Assembly: GCF_036588685.1 (NCBI RefSeq)
Contig: NC_086381.1
Coordinates: forward strand, 25,358,001-25,422,000
Origin: Mytilus trossulus
Taxonomy: Eukaryota
Length of the DNA: 64,000 bases
Reading direction: 5' to 3'
This document shows, in pieces, positions 50,642 to 63,550 of this stretch (position 1 is the stretch's first letter; the number at the start of each line of letters is the position of its first letter). Position numbers and translations under genes: made by a program. The notes under the pieces are model-generated. The model had not been told where the DNA came from. It did no database searches and worked only from the letters and a program-made list of their open reading frames with translations.

Positions 50642-52527
50642 AAACCAGATGCTCCGCAGGGCGTAGCTTTATACGACCGCAGAGGTTGAACCCTGAACGG
50701 TTGGGGCAAGTATGGACACAACATTCAAGCTGGATTCAGCTCTAAATTTGGATTGAGATTAAATAGTTGACACAGCATAGGTTTCTGACACAGAATGAAT
50801 GTGTTCTAATGAACTTAAAATTTTTGTTTTCTCTTAGAGCAATTCACTATGCTGTTGAATATTAATCCTCTCAAAAAAATGTTTGAAGAAATTTTCTTTT
50901 TATTTATGAAATTTCAAATGAGAAAAATTGAACCCAATTTTTTAATCACATCCCCTTTTCCCTTATTCCAAAACTAATCTCAATTAAAATATTCTAATGG
51001 AGTTTGCAACAATAACTACTCATTTAAATACATCATAAAATATTAAGATGTAAAAAAACTGCTTGTTATCACTGAATGGTAAAGATCATTTAAATTTATC
51101 AGTTGGTAGTAAAAAGTGAATATACATTGTATAGTGTATATAACAAAGATTTAAGTTGATTCTGGACAAAGAAAGATAACTCCAATTAAAAAAAATTCTT
51201 GCAATAAGATATTTCTTGCTTACTATTCTAGACAAAGAAAGATAACTCTAATTAAAAAAAAAATTTGCTATTTCACAATATTGTGAAATTAGATATTTCT
51301 TGCCATTGCACAATACTGTGCAATTGAAAAGACTTGCTATTGCACAATACTTAATATAATAATTTTAGATCCTGATTTGGACCAACTTGAAAACTGGGCC
51401 CATCTAAGTACATGTTTAGATTCAGCATATCAAAGAGGCCCAAGAATTTAATTTTTGTTAAAATCAAACTTAGTTTAATTATGGACCCTTTGGACCTTAA
51501 TGTAGGCCAATTTGAAAACGGGACCAAAAATGAAGAATCTACATACACAGTTAGATTTGGCATATCAACGAACCCCATTTAATCAATTTTTGATGAAATC
51601 AAATAAAGTTTAATTTTAGACCAACTTGAAAACTGGGCCAATAATCAAGAATCTAAGTACATTTTTAGATTCAACATATCAAAGAACCCAACCGATTCAT
51701 TTTTTGTCAAAATCAAACTAAGTTTAATTTTGGACCCTTTGGACCTTAATGAAGACCAATTTGAAAACATGACTAAAAGTTAAGAATCTACATACACAGT
51801 TAGATTCGGCATATCAAAGAACCCCAATTATTCAATTTTGATGAAATCAAACAAAGTTTAATTTTGAACCCTTTGGGACCCTTTTTTCCTAAACTGTTGG
51901 GACCAAAACTCCCAAAATCAATACCAACCTTCCTTTTATGGTCATAAACCTTGTGTTTAAATTTCATAGATTTCTATTTACTTATACTAACGTTATGGTG
52001 CGAAAACCAAGAAAAATGCTTATTTGGGTCCCTTTTTGGCCCCTAATTCCTAAACTGTTGGGACCTAAACTCCCAAAATCAATACCAACCTTCCTTTTGT
52101 GGTCATAAACATTGTGTTTAAATTTCATTGACTTCTATTTACTTAAACCAAAGTTATTGTGCGAAAACCAAGAATAATGCTTATTTGGGCCCTTTTTTGG
52201 CCCCTAATTCCTAAACTGTTGAAACCAAAACTCCCAAAATCAATCCCAACCTTTCTTTTGTGGTCATAAACCTTGTGTCAAAATTTCATAGATTTCTATT
52301 AACTTAAACTAAAGTTATAGTGCGAAAACCAAGAAAATGCTTATTTGGGCCCTTTTTGGCCCCTAATTCCTAAAATGTTGGGACCAAAACTCCCAAAATC
52401 AATACCAACCTTTCTTTTATGGTCATATACCTTGTGTTATAATTTCATAGATTTCTATTCACTTTTACTAAAGTTAGAGTGCGAAACTAAAAGTATTCTG
52501 ACGACGACGACGCCAACGTGATTGCAA
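50642..52527 (-). mobile_element. Second HINE/Helentron-like family with internal tandem repeats
   Basis: End aaccagatgctccgcagggcgtagctttatacgaccgca; tandem units at ~51370-51870 and ~165-bp units at 51880-52490; gacgacgac microsatellite. Related stub at ~54815-54948. Confidence 0.7.
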
Positions 52528-55500
52528 TTAATAGTATAAAAAGGACATAAAAAAATACTTAAGAGAACTAAAGTCAAAATGAGATATATTTACGCAGTTA
52601 TATTTATTTTCTTGGGATTCCAAGCATACAGTAGTACGGTACAGAATTCGGCTAAAAATTTAGGTTGCAAGTGCGAAATAAATAATATAGACACAGAGAA
52701 ACCTGTCGCATGAATCAGTATTTCTATCTGTCATTACAGATATTATAAATCAATCTCACTGTTTTCTTGACCGTGTCATGATGAAATTGTGAAAGTCAGT
52801 AAGGGATGATGTTTTGAACTTCGATTATCAAACAAATTGATTATAAAAACCGCACATACAATGTAACATTTATTATATTTGTCCGCGTCATCTTCTTTTG
52901 AAGTTATTTATAGATCTTTAATAAAACATAGGTCAATTGATTAGTAATCACGTTGATTCTGTTAAACTGACTGTTTTATATACTTTGAATGTTAAAAAAG
53001 ATTGAATGGTCTCTATTCTGATACTTAAATATGTTGAAGTCAACCCATGCTTTGAAATTTTTAGGTAGGGGGGGGGGGGGGGGGGGGGGCAAACGCCCGC
53101 CACGCCCCCGCTTAAATCTGCCCCTGAATCAATATGCATAAACATGATAAATATCGTTTAATGAGGCAATGAACAAATAAAAAGATGAAAACATTCACAT
53201 TTCAATTTTCTTTTCCTCTTGTTTGATTTCAGTTCTTTGTATTTCAAAATTTGTGTCAATATTTTCTGGACAATGATGCACAAATAATTCATTTTGAGAG
53301 CTTAATATATATTGCACGAAAAGAGTTTTAAAAAACAAATTATAAAATAAATAATATGTTCTAAAACACAAGGAAAAGTAATATCATTATACAACAATTA
53401 AACGTAATACTGGCTGTAATACATAAAAGATGATAAAATATAATGTAAATAATGTTTCATTTTTTTCTATCAATTTTAACTTTCTTGTCGCTAAAATTAT
53501 TTTCTTTTGCATATTCTTTTAATATTTATTGTAATACTTAATGTTTTCTTGTCGCTAAATAGTTTATTGTCGCTTGTTGTCACTAATTAGTGCGACTGCA
53601 AGTAAGTACTCTTACTACCCAGAGAACAGTGGACGCGTGTGAACAGACAACAACAGCAACGATAACCGGAAATCAAAGAAGTGAAGAAGTCAATGCCAAT
53701 GGTCTTAACTTTAATTTGGAAACAGCAGACTTTGCTCTGAAGAGTAATGCATTGCAAACGGCTGCAGCAGGCAGCGAGGAACAAGCTCTTAGGAACAATC
53801 GTTATTTTCAAACACCAAGAGGCTATTCAGCCGAGTCTTTGCGTGCTTATGCGTTCATGGAAATCAAAATTTAATATAAAGTTTATTCTTTCTTATTAGT
53901 TTTGCCGAAATAGTGAAACATCGCACAAAAGAAATTTATAAAATTATATCAGGAAAATGTTCTAAAACTGTTGGAAACCATGATACTTATATTAACACTA
54001 GAAGTGTAATGAATAGAAGTTCAGATGCAATGCACACGCCAGCGGGAAGTGGTATACTGCGTATGTCTGGGAACCTGAAAAGTGAAATTGAAACTAAGGG
54101 GAATGAAAATAATAACAGTCCAACAAGGAAAGACATGATGGACAAGTTTTCTAGTATGGAAAAATCTCAAACAGAGATTATGGCTAATTAAGCCGTGAAC
54201 ATTTGTTAAATAAATAGTGGTTTATTGTAAGCTATTGTTGGAAGGTTTTGCATTGTATGTATTTTCAGTTATCTTTGTTTCTATCAATATGCTTGATTAA
54301 TATATTCATTATTATCACAGAATTGTTTAAATTCTAATACGACACGCTTCTGTTGCTTTGTGAATAAACCCATGCTCTAAATCCAATCATTTGTTGTTTG
54401 CACATGCGCATATTGACTACTGCAGAATAATGAATTTCATCAACTTGGCATGCAATCAATATATTTCATCAACTTAAAACACTTCCAAACTTTTAAATGA
54501 TGCACATGTAGTTACTTATTCATTTATTATGACTGTATTGTGTTACATTTTGGAAATTGACATATTTGACCTAGATGCTACAATTATTTCTTAAAATATT
54601 TTCTTTCAGTTGTAAACATTAAAGAATACAATTTCAGTAAAACCCAGAATGGAAATTCGTATTGTAATTCAATCATTTGTCAATGATTGCACATATTAGA
54701 GGAAATGAGGAAATATGTTCAAAAATACAGAGACATCAGATCTTTAACAGAAATGAGAGAAGCTTTGGATGTGTACGGAGGTGTATTATTAGGCTGCAAA
54801 ATTTTCAATGTTTTATGAAATAGATTTTCATTTACTTTTACTAAAGTTAGAGTGCAAAAAACAAATGTCTTCGGACGATGACAATGACATCAATGTGATA
54901 ACAATATATGACCAAAATGTTTTTCAATTTTTGCAGCTGTATAAAAAACTAACTCATTTTGATTCTGGTGAAAAAAATTGACAAAAGGTAAGTACAAGCA
55001 ATGCTGCAAAAAATATGCATATTTCATTTGACAAAACTGGGAAAAAATATGTTCTCCACATGATTATCTTCAGCCATAACAAATTGTATCATATTTTTCT
55101 CATCTTGCTTTACAGTTGAAATAGTTTTTAGATAAAGATTAAGTATCTTTGTTTTTATTTTAAAATTTTTACATGAAAACTCACTGATGCCATCTGGCTT
55201 TCAGTATTTAGTAGAAGGGAGACTGCTAGCCATATTGTCAGATTGGTAAAAAAAATACCATGTATAGTTTAAGGAAAAGAGATAGACCATGTGCTCTAAT
55301 GATGATGATTGACTGTTTGATGACCCAAGAGGAACATCAGCCTTCTCAAAATCTCCATTAGGTGAAGTAATTACCAGTGTGAAAAGTAGGTTTCTTTCAT
55401 ATCTTATAGGATTTACATGCCTAATAAACTCTCAGTGTACTTGATAAACTTTTTGAAAAACAGGGCAAAACATATGAATCCTGTTTTTTGTAGTTAAAAA

Positions 55501-55614
55501 GGTATTAAACAATCAGTGCTCTATAAGATATAGAGTTTATACTGTCAAAACTGTAATATCAGAAGTTTGAGAATATATAATATTTACACTTATATTCTCA
55601 ACAATTTTTCTTTA

Positions 55615-56034
55615 GGCCAAAAAAAAAAATAGGTGTGTTTCCGGTCGCCCGATCGACCCTAATTTTTTGGCGCCGACCCTAACTTTTTTTCCCGGAAAAA
55701 AAAAAAAAAAAAAAAATCCGGATTTTTTTCGTTTTTTTCCAGAAACGGTTTTTGTTTAGTATAGCCAATAACAATCGATGAGTGTCCACACAGGAACGAG
55801 AAAAAAAGTATAATAGCCCCATTTTCTAATTCTACCACCTTTATTGATATGTTCAATCAGTATCATGACTTTGGATTAAAGAACAATGAATTTACTGTGA
55901 CTGGAAAAAACCATGAAATATCTCCCACATGGACTATTCATATCTTGTATACTTTATACAATGAACTGATGAAAATAACCTGAAAGAATAACAAACTGAT
56001 TATAAAAATACACAAAAAACAACCGAAGCAGGCC

Positions 56035-56079
<45 letters not shown>

Positions 56080-56144
56080 CTTCCTACCGACCCTAATTTT
56101 TTGGGGCATGCAACAGGAAACACACCCTATTTTTTTTTTTGGCC
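55615..56144. mobile_element. PIF/Harbinger-like MITE
   Basis: TIRs GGCC(A)nTAGG(G)TGTGTTTCC, TTA TSD (55612-55614 and 56145-56147). The paralogous segment at ~58940-59185 lacks the insert. Confidence 0.85.
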
Positions 56145-56582
56145 TTATGTTTGCATTCATAAACCAGTATCGATCCTACCATCTCTGATCCTACACAAGC
56201 AAAAACTTTACAGAGAAAAATCTCCATATTAACAGTCTTCTTTATGAATGCAAATTGTCAGAGATTGTTGAGATTACAAGTGTAAAATGCAAGTGACTGA
56301 ACTCCAGACCCATAATAAATAATTCATCAAATGTATAGCTGGTCATTCCATATCAACAGGTTTTTTTTCAAAATATTCGTTTGATGATGCCTCTGTAGTA
56401 TGCCAACAGACTTTATGTACTAAGTTGTTACTGTTTTCACCTTGAAAAAGGCTGGTATTTTGCTTTTTTGATAAACACTAAATTAGAAAAAAAATAACAC
56501 CCAAATAAAAATGTCCATATTTACAATATTTTCATGTATACTTAATTTAATCATACTGTAATTGTGGTTTATTTCTTTACAG

Positions 56583-56763
56583 CATTAGTGTGTCTTGGAG
56601 ACCAAATAAGGAATAAAAATGAATGCAGCAGATTTGTCTCAATGTGGGGAGCACAGCCAGACAGCTGAAAAACTTGTTTTAAATCTGCTTGAGTATTTGG
56701 TTACAAAGGCAGACTGCCAAGACATGACTGTATATGGTCAACGAAAGAATAAAATGGAAATGG
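56583..56763 (+). pseudogene. BEN unit 6: exon paralogous to 43988-44200, cut by an LTR
   Basis: IKMNAADLSQCGEHSQTAEKLVLNLLEYLVTKADCQDMTVYGQRKNK aligns with VKLEKVILKRIIKTSKTPEKLALNLIAPLLSEYEINNCTLYGNQQHK. Confidence 0.65.
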
Positions 56764-58320
56764 TGTAACAAAGTTACTTGGATCACCATTATATGCGTCA
56801 GCAATTTATAATACGTCCAGTGATTAATATCTATTCATATCGACTTATACTTACATTGAGGATTTGTGTTAAGAAACAATAGAATGAAACACATGTTGCT
56901 GATGTCAGCCGAGTGTTTAGATATATAAACTGTTTTGTTTTCTAACGAAAGAAAGACTTCTCCGGTGCCACTATACGCACGTTGTCTCTCACATACATTG
57001 TAAAATAATGCAATAAAAGTTTGTCAAATTATCTAGCGTTAGTGTTACACTAGTAATTTTTGGTTCCGTGACCAGGATTCGTCAACGACGTCTGCCACAG
57101 ATTTTGAAGGTATGTCTATATTTTGAATTGTTTTGGTGGGAGTATGGCTGACCAGCAAATGGGGGAAGTTTTAGGAATCCAGGTCATAACCAGCAGGCTC
57201 TATCGGCTCAAGTCCACCATTTATCAAATACCGTGGGCACGCAAAGTGTTTCACAAGTTATTCCATCTTTTGGGGGGAATCCAAAGGAGTTTAAAGCATG
57301 GATCAAGGGCGTTGAAAAGTATGCTGTCTTGACGCATGCGATAGGGGAACAAGGATCACAATAAGTTAATTGTATATCAGTCAAGTAAAGGGGCTGTGAG
57401 TGATTATATTAAGAGATATTTGACCGCGAATGATCAGGCAACTTGGGACGAATGCAAAACCCAACTAACGGGGAGATTTTCTGAGGTAACTGACCCCCAA
57501 CATGCGTTCTCTCTGCTTCTTCAAGTTAAACAAAAGTCAAACTCTTGATGGCTTTAGTCTAAGAAGGATATATAGGACAGCAACGGGATGTCGAACCCGT
57601 GGAAAGACAAATAATCGGTTTCTTTGTGGATGGTTTGTTGCTCGACAAACTCAAAATGAAAATAATGCAAGATAATCTTGATGCCGCATTTACTTTGGCA
57701 ATGACAGAACAAAATTTGAAGACGCGTTTTGGTTAAGAACGAAAGGGTCCAACAAATAGGGATGATCAAGTAGATTGTAGGAGTTATCCTCCACGTAAAT
57801 ACCCTGAGACGCACCAAGTTAATTTGGTACAACAGAGAAGTATGGCAGAGGTTGTCTGCTACTCCTGTCGCTGGAAGGGATACTTCCAAAGATATTGTCC
57901 GCAATAAAATGGACAGGGAAACTAAAGCACTCTCTTCATTATGAAGCCAATGAAGGGAGAAATAGTACAAATAAAATACTTAAACATAAAAGTAAAAACT
58001 ACGGTGATTAGACAAAAACATTTAAGTTAAATAAAGCATTTGAAATAAATTCAACAAATTCTCCAAATTCATGTTTAATTAAAATTAAAAAAAATAAATA
58101 TAGAGCTCTAATTGATTCCAGGGCAAGTTGCTCTTTATTTCATAAAAGAGTTTATCAAGCTATGAAAAGTCCACCTAAGTTAATTAAAAGTGAAGTCTCT
58201 CTTCAAGCAGTAAACGGTAAGTCCTTATTAGTAGAAGGTATCGCAAATTTCACATTTGATATAGGGGGATAAAAAATAAATCATGTTTTTCATGTAGTGA
58301 CAGATATGAACAGAAAGTGA
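56764..58320 (+). mobile_element. Decayed Gypsy 5' half: LTR 56764-57049, tRNA-His PBS 57061-57078, gag/protease relics
   Basis: TGTAAC...GTTACA termini; PBS TGGTTCCGTGACCAGGAT; frameshifted gag (QSVSQVIPSFGGNPKEFKAWIK), knuckle relic CYSC..KGY....C, protease RALIDS. Confidence 0.8.
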
Positions 58321-58939
58321 AATTTTAATCAATTAAGAACACAGAAATAACAGTAAAGCCGCAAGCTGTACAAAAAATACAAAAAGAAATTGTAAAATAG
58401 TATTTGGGGTTATTTCAATTAAAACTAGCTTGTCATTTCACAACATTTTTTTGGCTATAGGAATACCCACCCTAAAATATTATTATAACCACTCTTTCTA
58501 CAAAATTTAAATGAATGATAATGTAAGATTTAGTTTTTTTGGCTTGAACAAATTACATAAATTAAACAATAGGATTACACTGGTGTCATTGAGTTTATCA
58601 TTGCATATTTTAAGTATGATATCTCAAGTGTATACTGTCGAAACTGTTATAACAGAAGTTTGAAAGTATATAATGTTCACATTTATATTCTCAACAATCT
58701 TTCTTATATGTTCTATAAAACCAGTATTATTCCTTACTGGTTTCAAGGCAAAAAAATTAAAGAGAAAAATCAGGAAATTTACTACTGTAAGAATGTATAT
58801 TGTGAGATTACAATTGTAAAATAAAAACTCATTTTGTTCACTGCAATATCTGCAATATAAAAAAATTTAAAAAAAATAAAAAAAATTTCAACTGACAGAA
58901 GTTTTAATCTGCATTTAACAATATTTTTGTAAATAAGAT

Positions 58940-59185
58940 CTAGAGTATATACTGTCAAAACTGTAATAACAGAAGTTTGAGAGTACATAATATTTACACT
59001 TATATTCTTAACAATCTTTTTAATGTGTGCATTCATAAAACCAGTATCAATCCTGCATAAACAAAAACAAAAACTTTAAAGAGAAAAGTCTACTCATTAC
59101 AGTCTTCTTTATGAATGCATATTGTCAGAGATTGCTGAGATTACAAGTGTAAAATGCAAGTGACTGAACTCCAGACTCATAATAA
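58940..59185 (+). repeat. Local duplication of ~55530-56320 (minus the MITE); third partial copy at ~58620-58770
   Basis: Shared tatactgtcaaaactgtaata.cagaagtttga and gagattacaagtgtaaaatgcaagtgactgaactccagac. Confidence 0.75.
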
Positions 59186-59415
59186 TAAAATGTTGTGTAT
59201 AGTTGGTAACTTTTTCCAGTCTTACAAAAACCAGGCAGATGCAAACGATCTTTCAAGTAAAAAAAGAAATTATGAGGTTTCAATTAAAAGCAAACAACGA
59301 AATGAAAAACTTTGCATTTAGAATAACTGCTTTTATCAAATACCATGAAGAAATGTTAAAGTGAAGCTGCGGCTTTCCAATTATGTAAAAATAAGATGTG
59401 ATATAATTGCCCATG

Positions 59416-60440
59416 TGTAACACTATTGTGTTCCAGAAGGATGATACATATTACAAACATTTAGAATACAAATGAAATATAGACAATTATAGACTATAGC
59501 GAAAGATTCAATGACTAAATTAACCTAAATTAACCTTATGTTGCAATTAACTACTGATTCAAAATTATGCCCAGTCAAATACAGATGACCACATTTATTG
59601 TTATGTTTTAATATGTGATTATTTAAATTATGTCCAGTTGAACTTCTCCTTTAATTGATTTAATTCCAATATTGGCGAGTTTGAATTGTAAATGGGATCA
59701 TTACAATTCATTTCATAGCTTTAATTCACATTGTTAAAGAATGATATAAAAATGAACATGTTTGTAGTTGAGACAGATTAAAATTTCCACTGTGCCTAGT
59801 CCTTTTACCTTGCTGCTCAATAGACATTTGTTTGATACGACTCTGAGTCATTTGCTACTGTAGGGTTACACATAGTAAATTTGGAGCCGTGACCAGGATC
59901 CTTAAACCAATTCATGTAAGTCTTTTTCTTGTTTGCTAATTCAATCTAAGTAAAATGGACACTCATGAGCAAATTGAACAAATGCTGGTTGAGGAGAAAG
60001 GGCAAATGACTTTGGTCACTAATCAATTGACAGGGCTAACATCTGCTGTCTATACACAAAGTGTGGCCCAATTTGTTAAGAATTTTGAAGGGGAACTAAA
60101 ACAATATAAAGATTGGATAAAGGCAATAAAAAAAATATTGCACTTACTTAGATTGGGTGATGGGGATATACCAAGGGTGGCATATCAATCTTGCACCAGA
60201 CTTGTAGGTGATTTTATTAGGCGTTATCTGGCTCAAAAAGAAGGGGCACAGGAAGATCTAAGTTGGGTGGAACTAAAACCAAATCTCACAAGAAGGTTCG
60301 CTGAAATAAACGATTAGCATCAAGCTTTTGCCATTTTAAGGAAAACAAAACAGAAACCTAACGAGAGCATAAAATATTATTCAGAAAGATTACTGAATTT
60401 AGCAGAGGATGCGTATCCTCAAGCAGGTTCCACAACTAAC
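59416..60440 (+). mobile_element. Second decayed Gypsy 5' half: LTR 59416-59870, tRNA-His PBS 59882-59899, gag relic 59955-60430
   Basis: TGTAAC...GTTACA termini; PBS TGGAGCCGTGACCAGGAT; gag TQSVAQFVKNFEG...DWIKAI homologous to the 57144 copy. A protease remnant MILGRDWLKQNG lies at ~60932. Confidence 0.8.
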
Positions 60441-61607
60441 ATTAATGGACAAGCTTCTTAACATAAGCAAGGCAAATAAAGGAATTGAGCCAAGTGAAGT
60501 TGGAGCAGTACTTAAAGTCTTGTGAAAGATTCATTTGTATTTACTCAGATGGCATATTCAGACATAAATGTCAAAAGAAGACAATTGATTAAAACAAATT
60601 TGAGGCTGTGTTATCGATCTCTCTGCCCAGACAATGCACCAATATCTGATAATAGTTATCAAAAGTACCAGGATAACAATTTAATACGCCAGACGCGCAT
60701 TTCGTCTACATAAAACTCATCAGTGACGCTCATATCAAAATAGTTATAAAGCAAAACAAGTACAAAGTTGAAGAGCATTGCGGATCCAAAATTCCAAAAA
60801 GTTGTTAACAGTCTCTTTAATGATAAACTATTCAGTGATTCAGAATAGAAAGTTGTGCTAATATTACTTTTAAAATTCGAAATTTAACGTTAACACATAC
60901 ATTTTGCGTCGTAAATGGAATGAACAGAAATATGATTTTAGGACGAGATTGGTTAAAACAAAATGGACTTTGTTTATATTTTGATTTATGCTATGCCTTT
61001 AATTATAATGTCTTTAAAACGATTTAAAATCATAAAAGTAAAAGGCCAGACTTTTATTTTAAATAAATATTCTTTTTCAAGAATGATGAAGCTTCGAATA
61101 TTCTCCAGTAATATTTGTTGCATAAGTTTGAACTGTTTGAGTTCATTAATCCTCCCTCATTTTCACAAACTGATGTGATATAACCAGTCCAGACTCTGCT
61201 TGAAATAAAATAATAATAAATAATTTATTAATAAATGTTATTTTTCAGAATGATGAAGCTCAGAGTCTTATTCCTAATTCTCTTGGCATACCCTGTCTTT
61301 CATAAGAGAAAATGCCAGATGGCTAGTTGCTTTTGAGATAAGTTTAACCCCCTATCAAATGTTAATAACGACGCTTGAGGAACATTTGTCAGACAAAGCT
61401 TGTCTGAGGAACTATTGAAGTATTGGCAACAGGAACGAAGAGACCCTGGTAGATATTTTAGATACGATAATACTATCAGTATTTTAAAACACGAAATTTC
61501 CAATACAAATTTAAGACAAATTTTTTTACTTTTATAATGTTTGTTGAATACTATGTTCAATTGTTAAAGAAAGTAACAGTTATCTTGCTGGTTATTGTGA
61601 TTTCTTC

Positions 61608-61830
61608 AGTCAACTATAATTTAGTCATAGTTGACCATGGTTTACATTTTTACCATTGTTAAAAATTTAGTTCAACATGGTTCTACAGTATGATAAGGCA
61701 TTATAGTTGCCCAATGACCATGGTTCAGCATAGCATAATCCATGGTTTTTACACTATGGTCATTTTATATGTTTGTCAAACCATGGTCAACTATGGTCAA
61801 CCATGGTTATAGGCAGCACTTTTGCCAGGG
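61608..61830 (+). repeat. ACCATGGT palindrome array ending ...TTGCCAGGG (putative transposon right end)
   Basis: Repeated gaccatggtt / aaccatggtc / aactatggtc motifs, ending at GGG. Confidence 0.6.
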
Positions 61831-63089
61831 GATCTGGTTTCTTTATTTTAGATGTTGTTCTAGTTAGGAATTAGTTTGCATCAGTACCAGTTCCCAGCAT
61901 CTGAGCCTTTCTGGTTTTGACTTAAAAATATTTTACGCAGCAGACAAATCTCAAAAGTGTTTTAAAACAAACTCATGGCTCAAATGAAATATGCCATAAT
62001 GTTATGGATAAGAGACAACATCAAAATGTCAGTGCATCACTTAAAGTATGAAACAAAAATGAAAAGCTGTGGAATGAATAACAGAAGGGTGACAGGTGAT
62101 GGTCATGTTACCCTGGTGCTGCTGGGGAGTGGGAATTCTAAATTTTAACAGTAGGAGGTAAGTTAACTTACATGTTTAATGTTTTTTGAATATATGTTTT
62201 ATTCACTTACATTTTAAACAAAATAAATATCTAACAGAAAAAAGTATGCATATTTGATAAATTTTAGTATAAAAAAAATAAATCTATTCAATTAGTTTTC
62301 ATGGAACTTGATGACATTGATACTCTTCAGTATACACAAGTTTATACTTCAAGGCATGACATGATAGCTGTAAGAAGGTCACTGGGTGCTCTATGGAGCA
62401 TCTACATGTGTTTCTAACAAAGAATTCCCTCTATTAATTAATTATCAAACATTATCTGTTGATAAGGGTACATAAGACTGAAGACCATCGGTATAAAATA
62501 TCTCAAACACAGTTTTGCTTAATTTTAATACACTAGTATATATATATATGATATTCGTCAAAATAAAAATGAATAGGGTAACTTATTTTTTATTTTTTAG
62601 ACATCATTCAATTGAAAAGGAAAGTTGATGACACATCTATCCACCAGGTCATCAACCATTTGCTGAAGCCAAGTACGAAACACAAGGCAAAATAGACGAC
62701 AGATAGCAAAGCTGAACTTTGAACATGTCCAAAATGTTTTACTTTACATTAAAATAATTCTAATTCTTAATTTTATTTTTAATATGTATTATTATTTTAA
62801 TCTTTTTTGCTAGTTATAATATATTGCAATATAATTTAAAAGGTGTAGCTCTATTTTAAAGTAATCAGGTTAATTTAATCTGATGAGAACTCCTGCAGAT
62901 AATTACTTTCCCAGTGTCCTATTTTGAAAATAATATGTTATTCACCTATACAGAACTATACACAGAAGTTATTTGTATTAGAATAATCATTCCTTAGTTG
63001 AGCATACTGACAAAGATTTAATGGGCAACAAACGCACAATAGTGTCAACTAAAACCATAACATTTCTACAAAAAATATGTTTTATTTCA

Positions 63090-63550
63090 GGGAGTATGTT
63101 ACAATAAAAGAGTTTCAAGAGCTTCATAAAAAGTATAAAAGTTTAATGGAATGCATTATCATACTAGAAAGAAAATCTGTAATTCCTGACCCTATAGTAG
63201 TACATGTAGCTGAGGAAGAATCATTGTCATTGGAAGGAATACCACCCACAACATCAATCGATCAGCTGTTTAATGGGAAAATATATAATCAGCTGGAGGA
63301 CTCAGTCTGTAATGTGACAAAATGTGTTCATACCCTATTACTACAACTATTTACTATAAATTACATTTAAAGCCATAGTGTAAGTGGCTATGCTTCCAAT
63401 AGCACATGTGTGGCAAAACCTAAATTTAACACTAAATTGTATGACACTTTGATGTATATTGTTCTAAAAAAAATCACTAAAGCATAAAAAAATGAATAAA
63501 AAAAAAAGAGTACAAGCAGTACAGAAAAAGTCCTTGCTTATAAGGAATAG
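63090..63550 (+). pseudogene. BEN unit 7: coiled coil plus BEN, paralogous to unit 2
   Basis: Reading through the stop at 63368 gives FNGKIYNQLEDSV...LLLQLFTINYI*SHSVSG...KPKFNTKLY...KRVQAVQKK, aligning with YNGFTLNELKLSI...LLRKMFTSEEITSQSVTG...RPPMDQTKL...EKNQNVQK. Confidence 0.65.

Noticed and set aside
53590-54191. Two ORFs possibly from a retroelement gag/ORF1 N-terminus
   Set aside because: Coding-like composition but no recognisable motif or element boundary.
55659-56160. Poly-Phe ORFs
   Set aside because: Artefacts of poly-A tracts inside the MITE.
60470-60660. DIRS gag-like relic (NVKRRQLIK..L...YRSLC)
   Set aside because: Too short and interrupted by another repeat to call with confidence.
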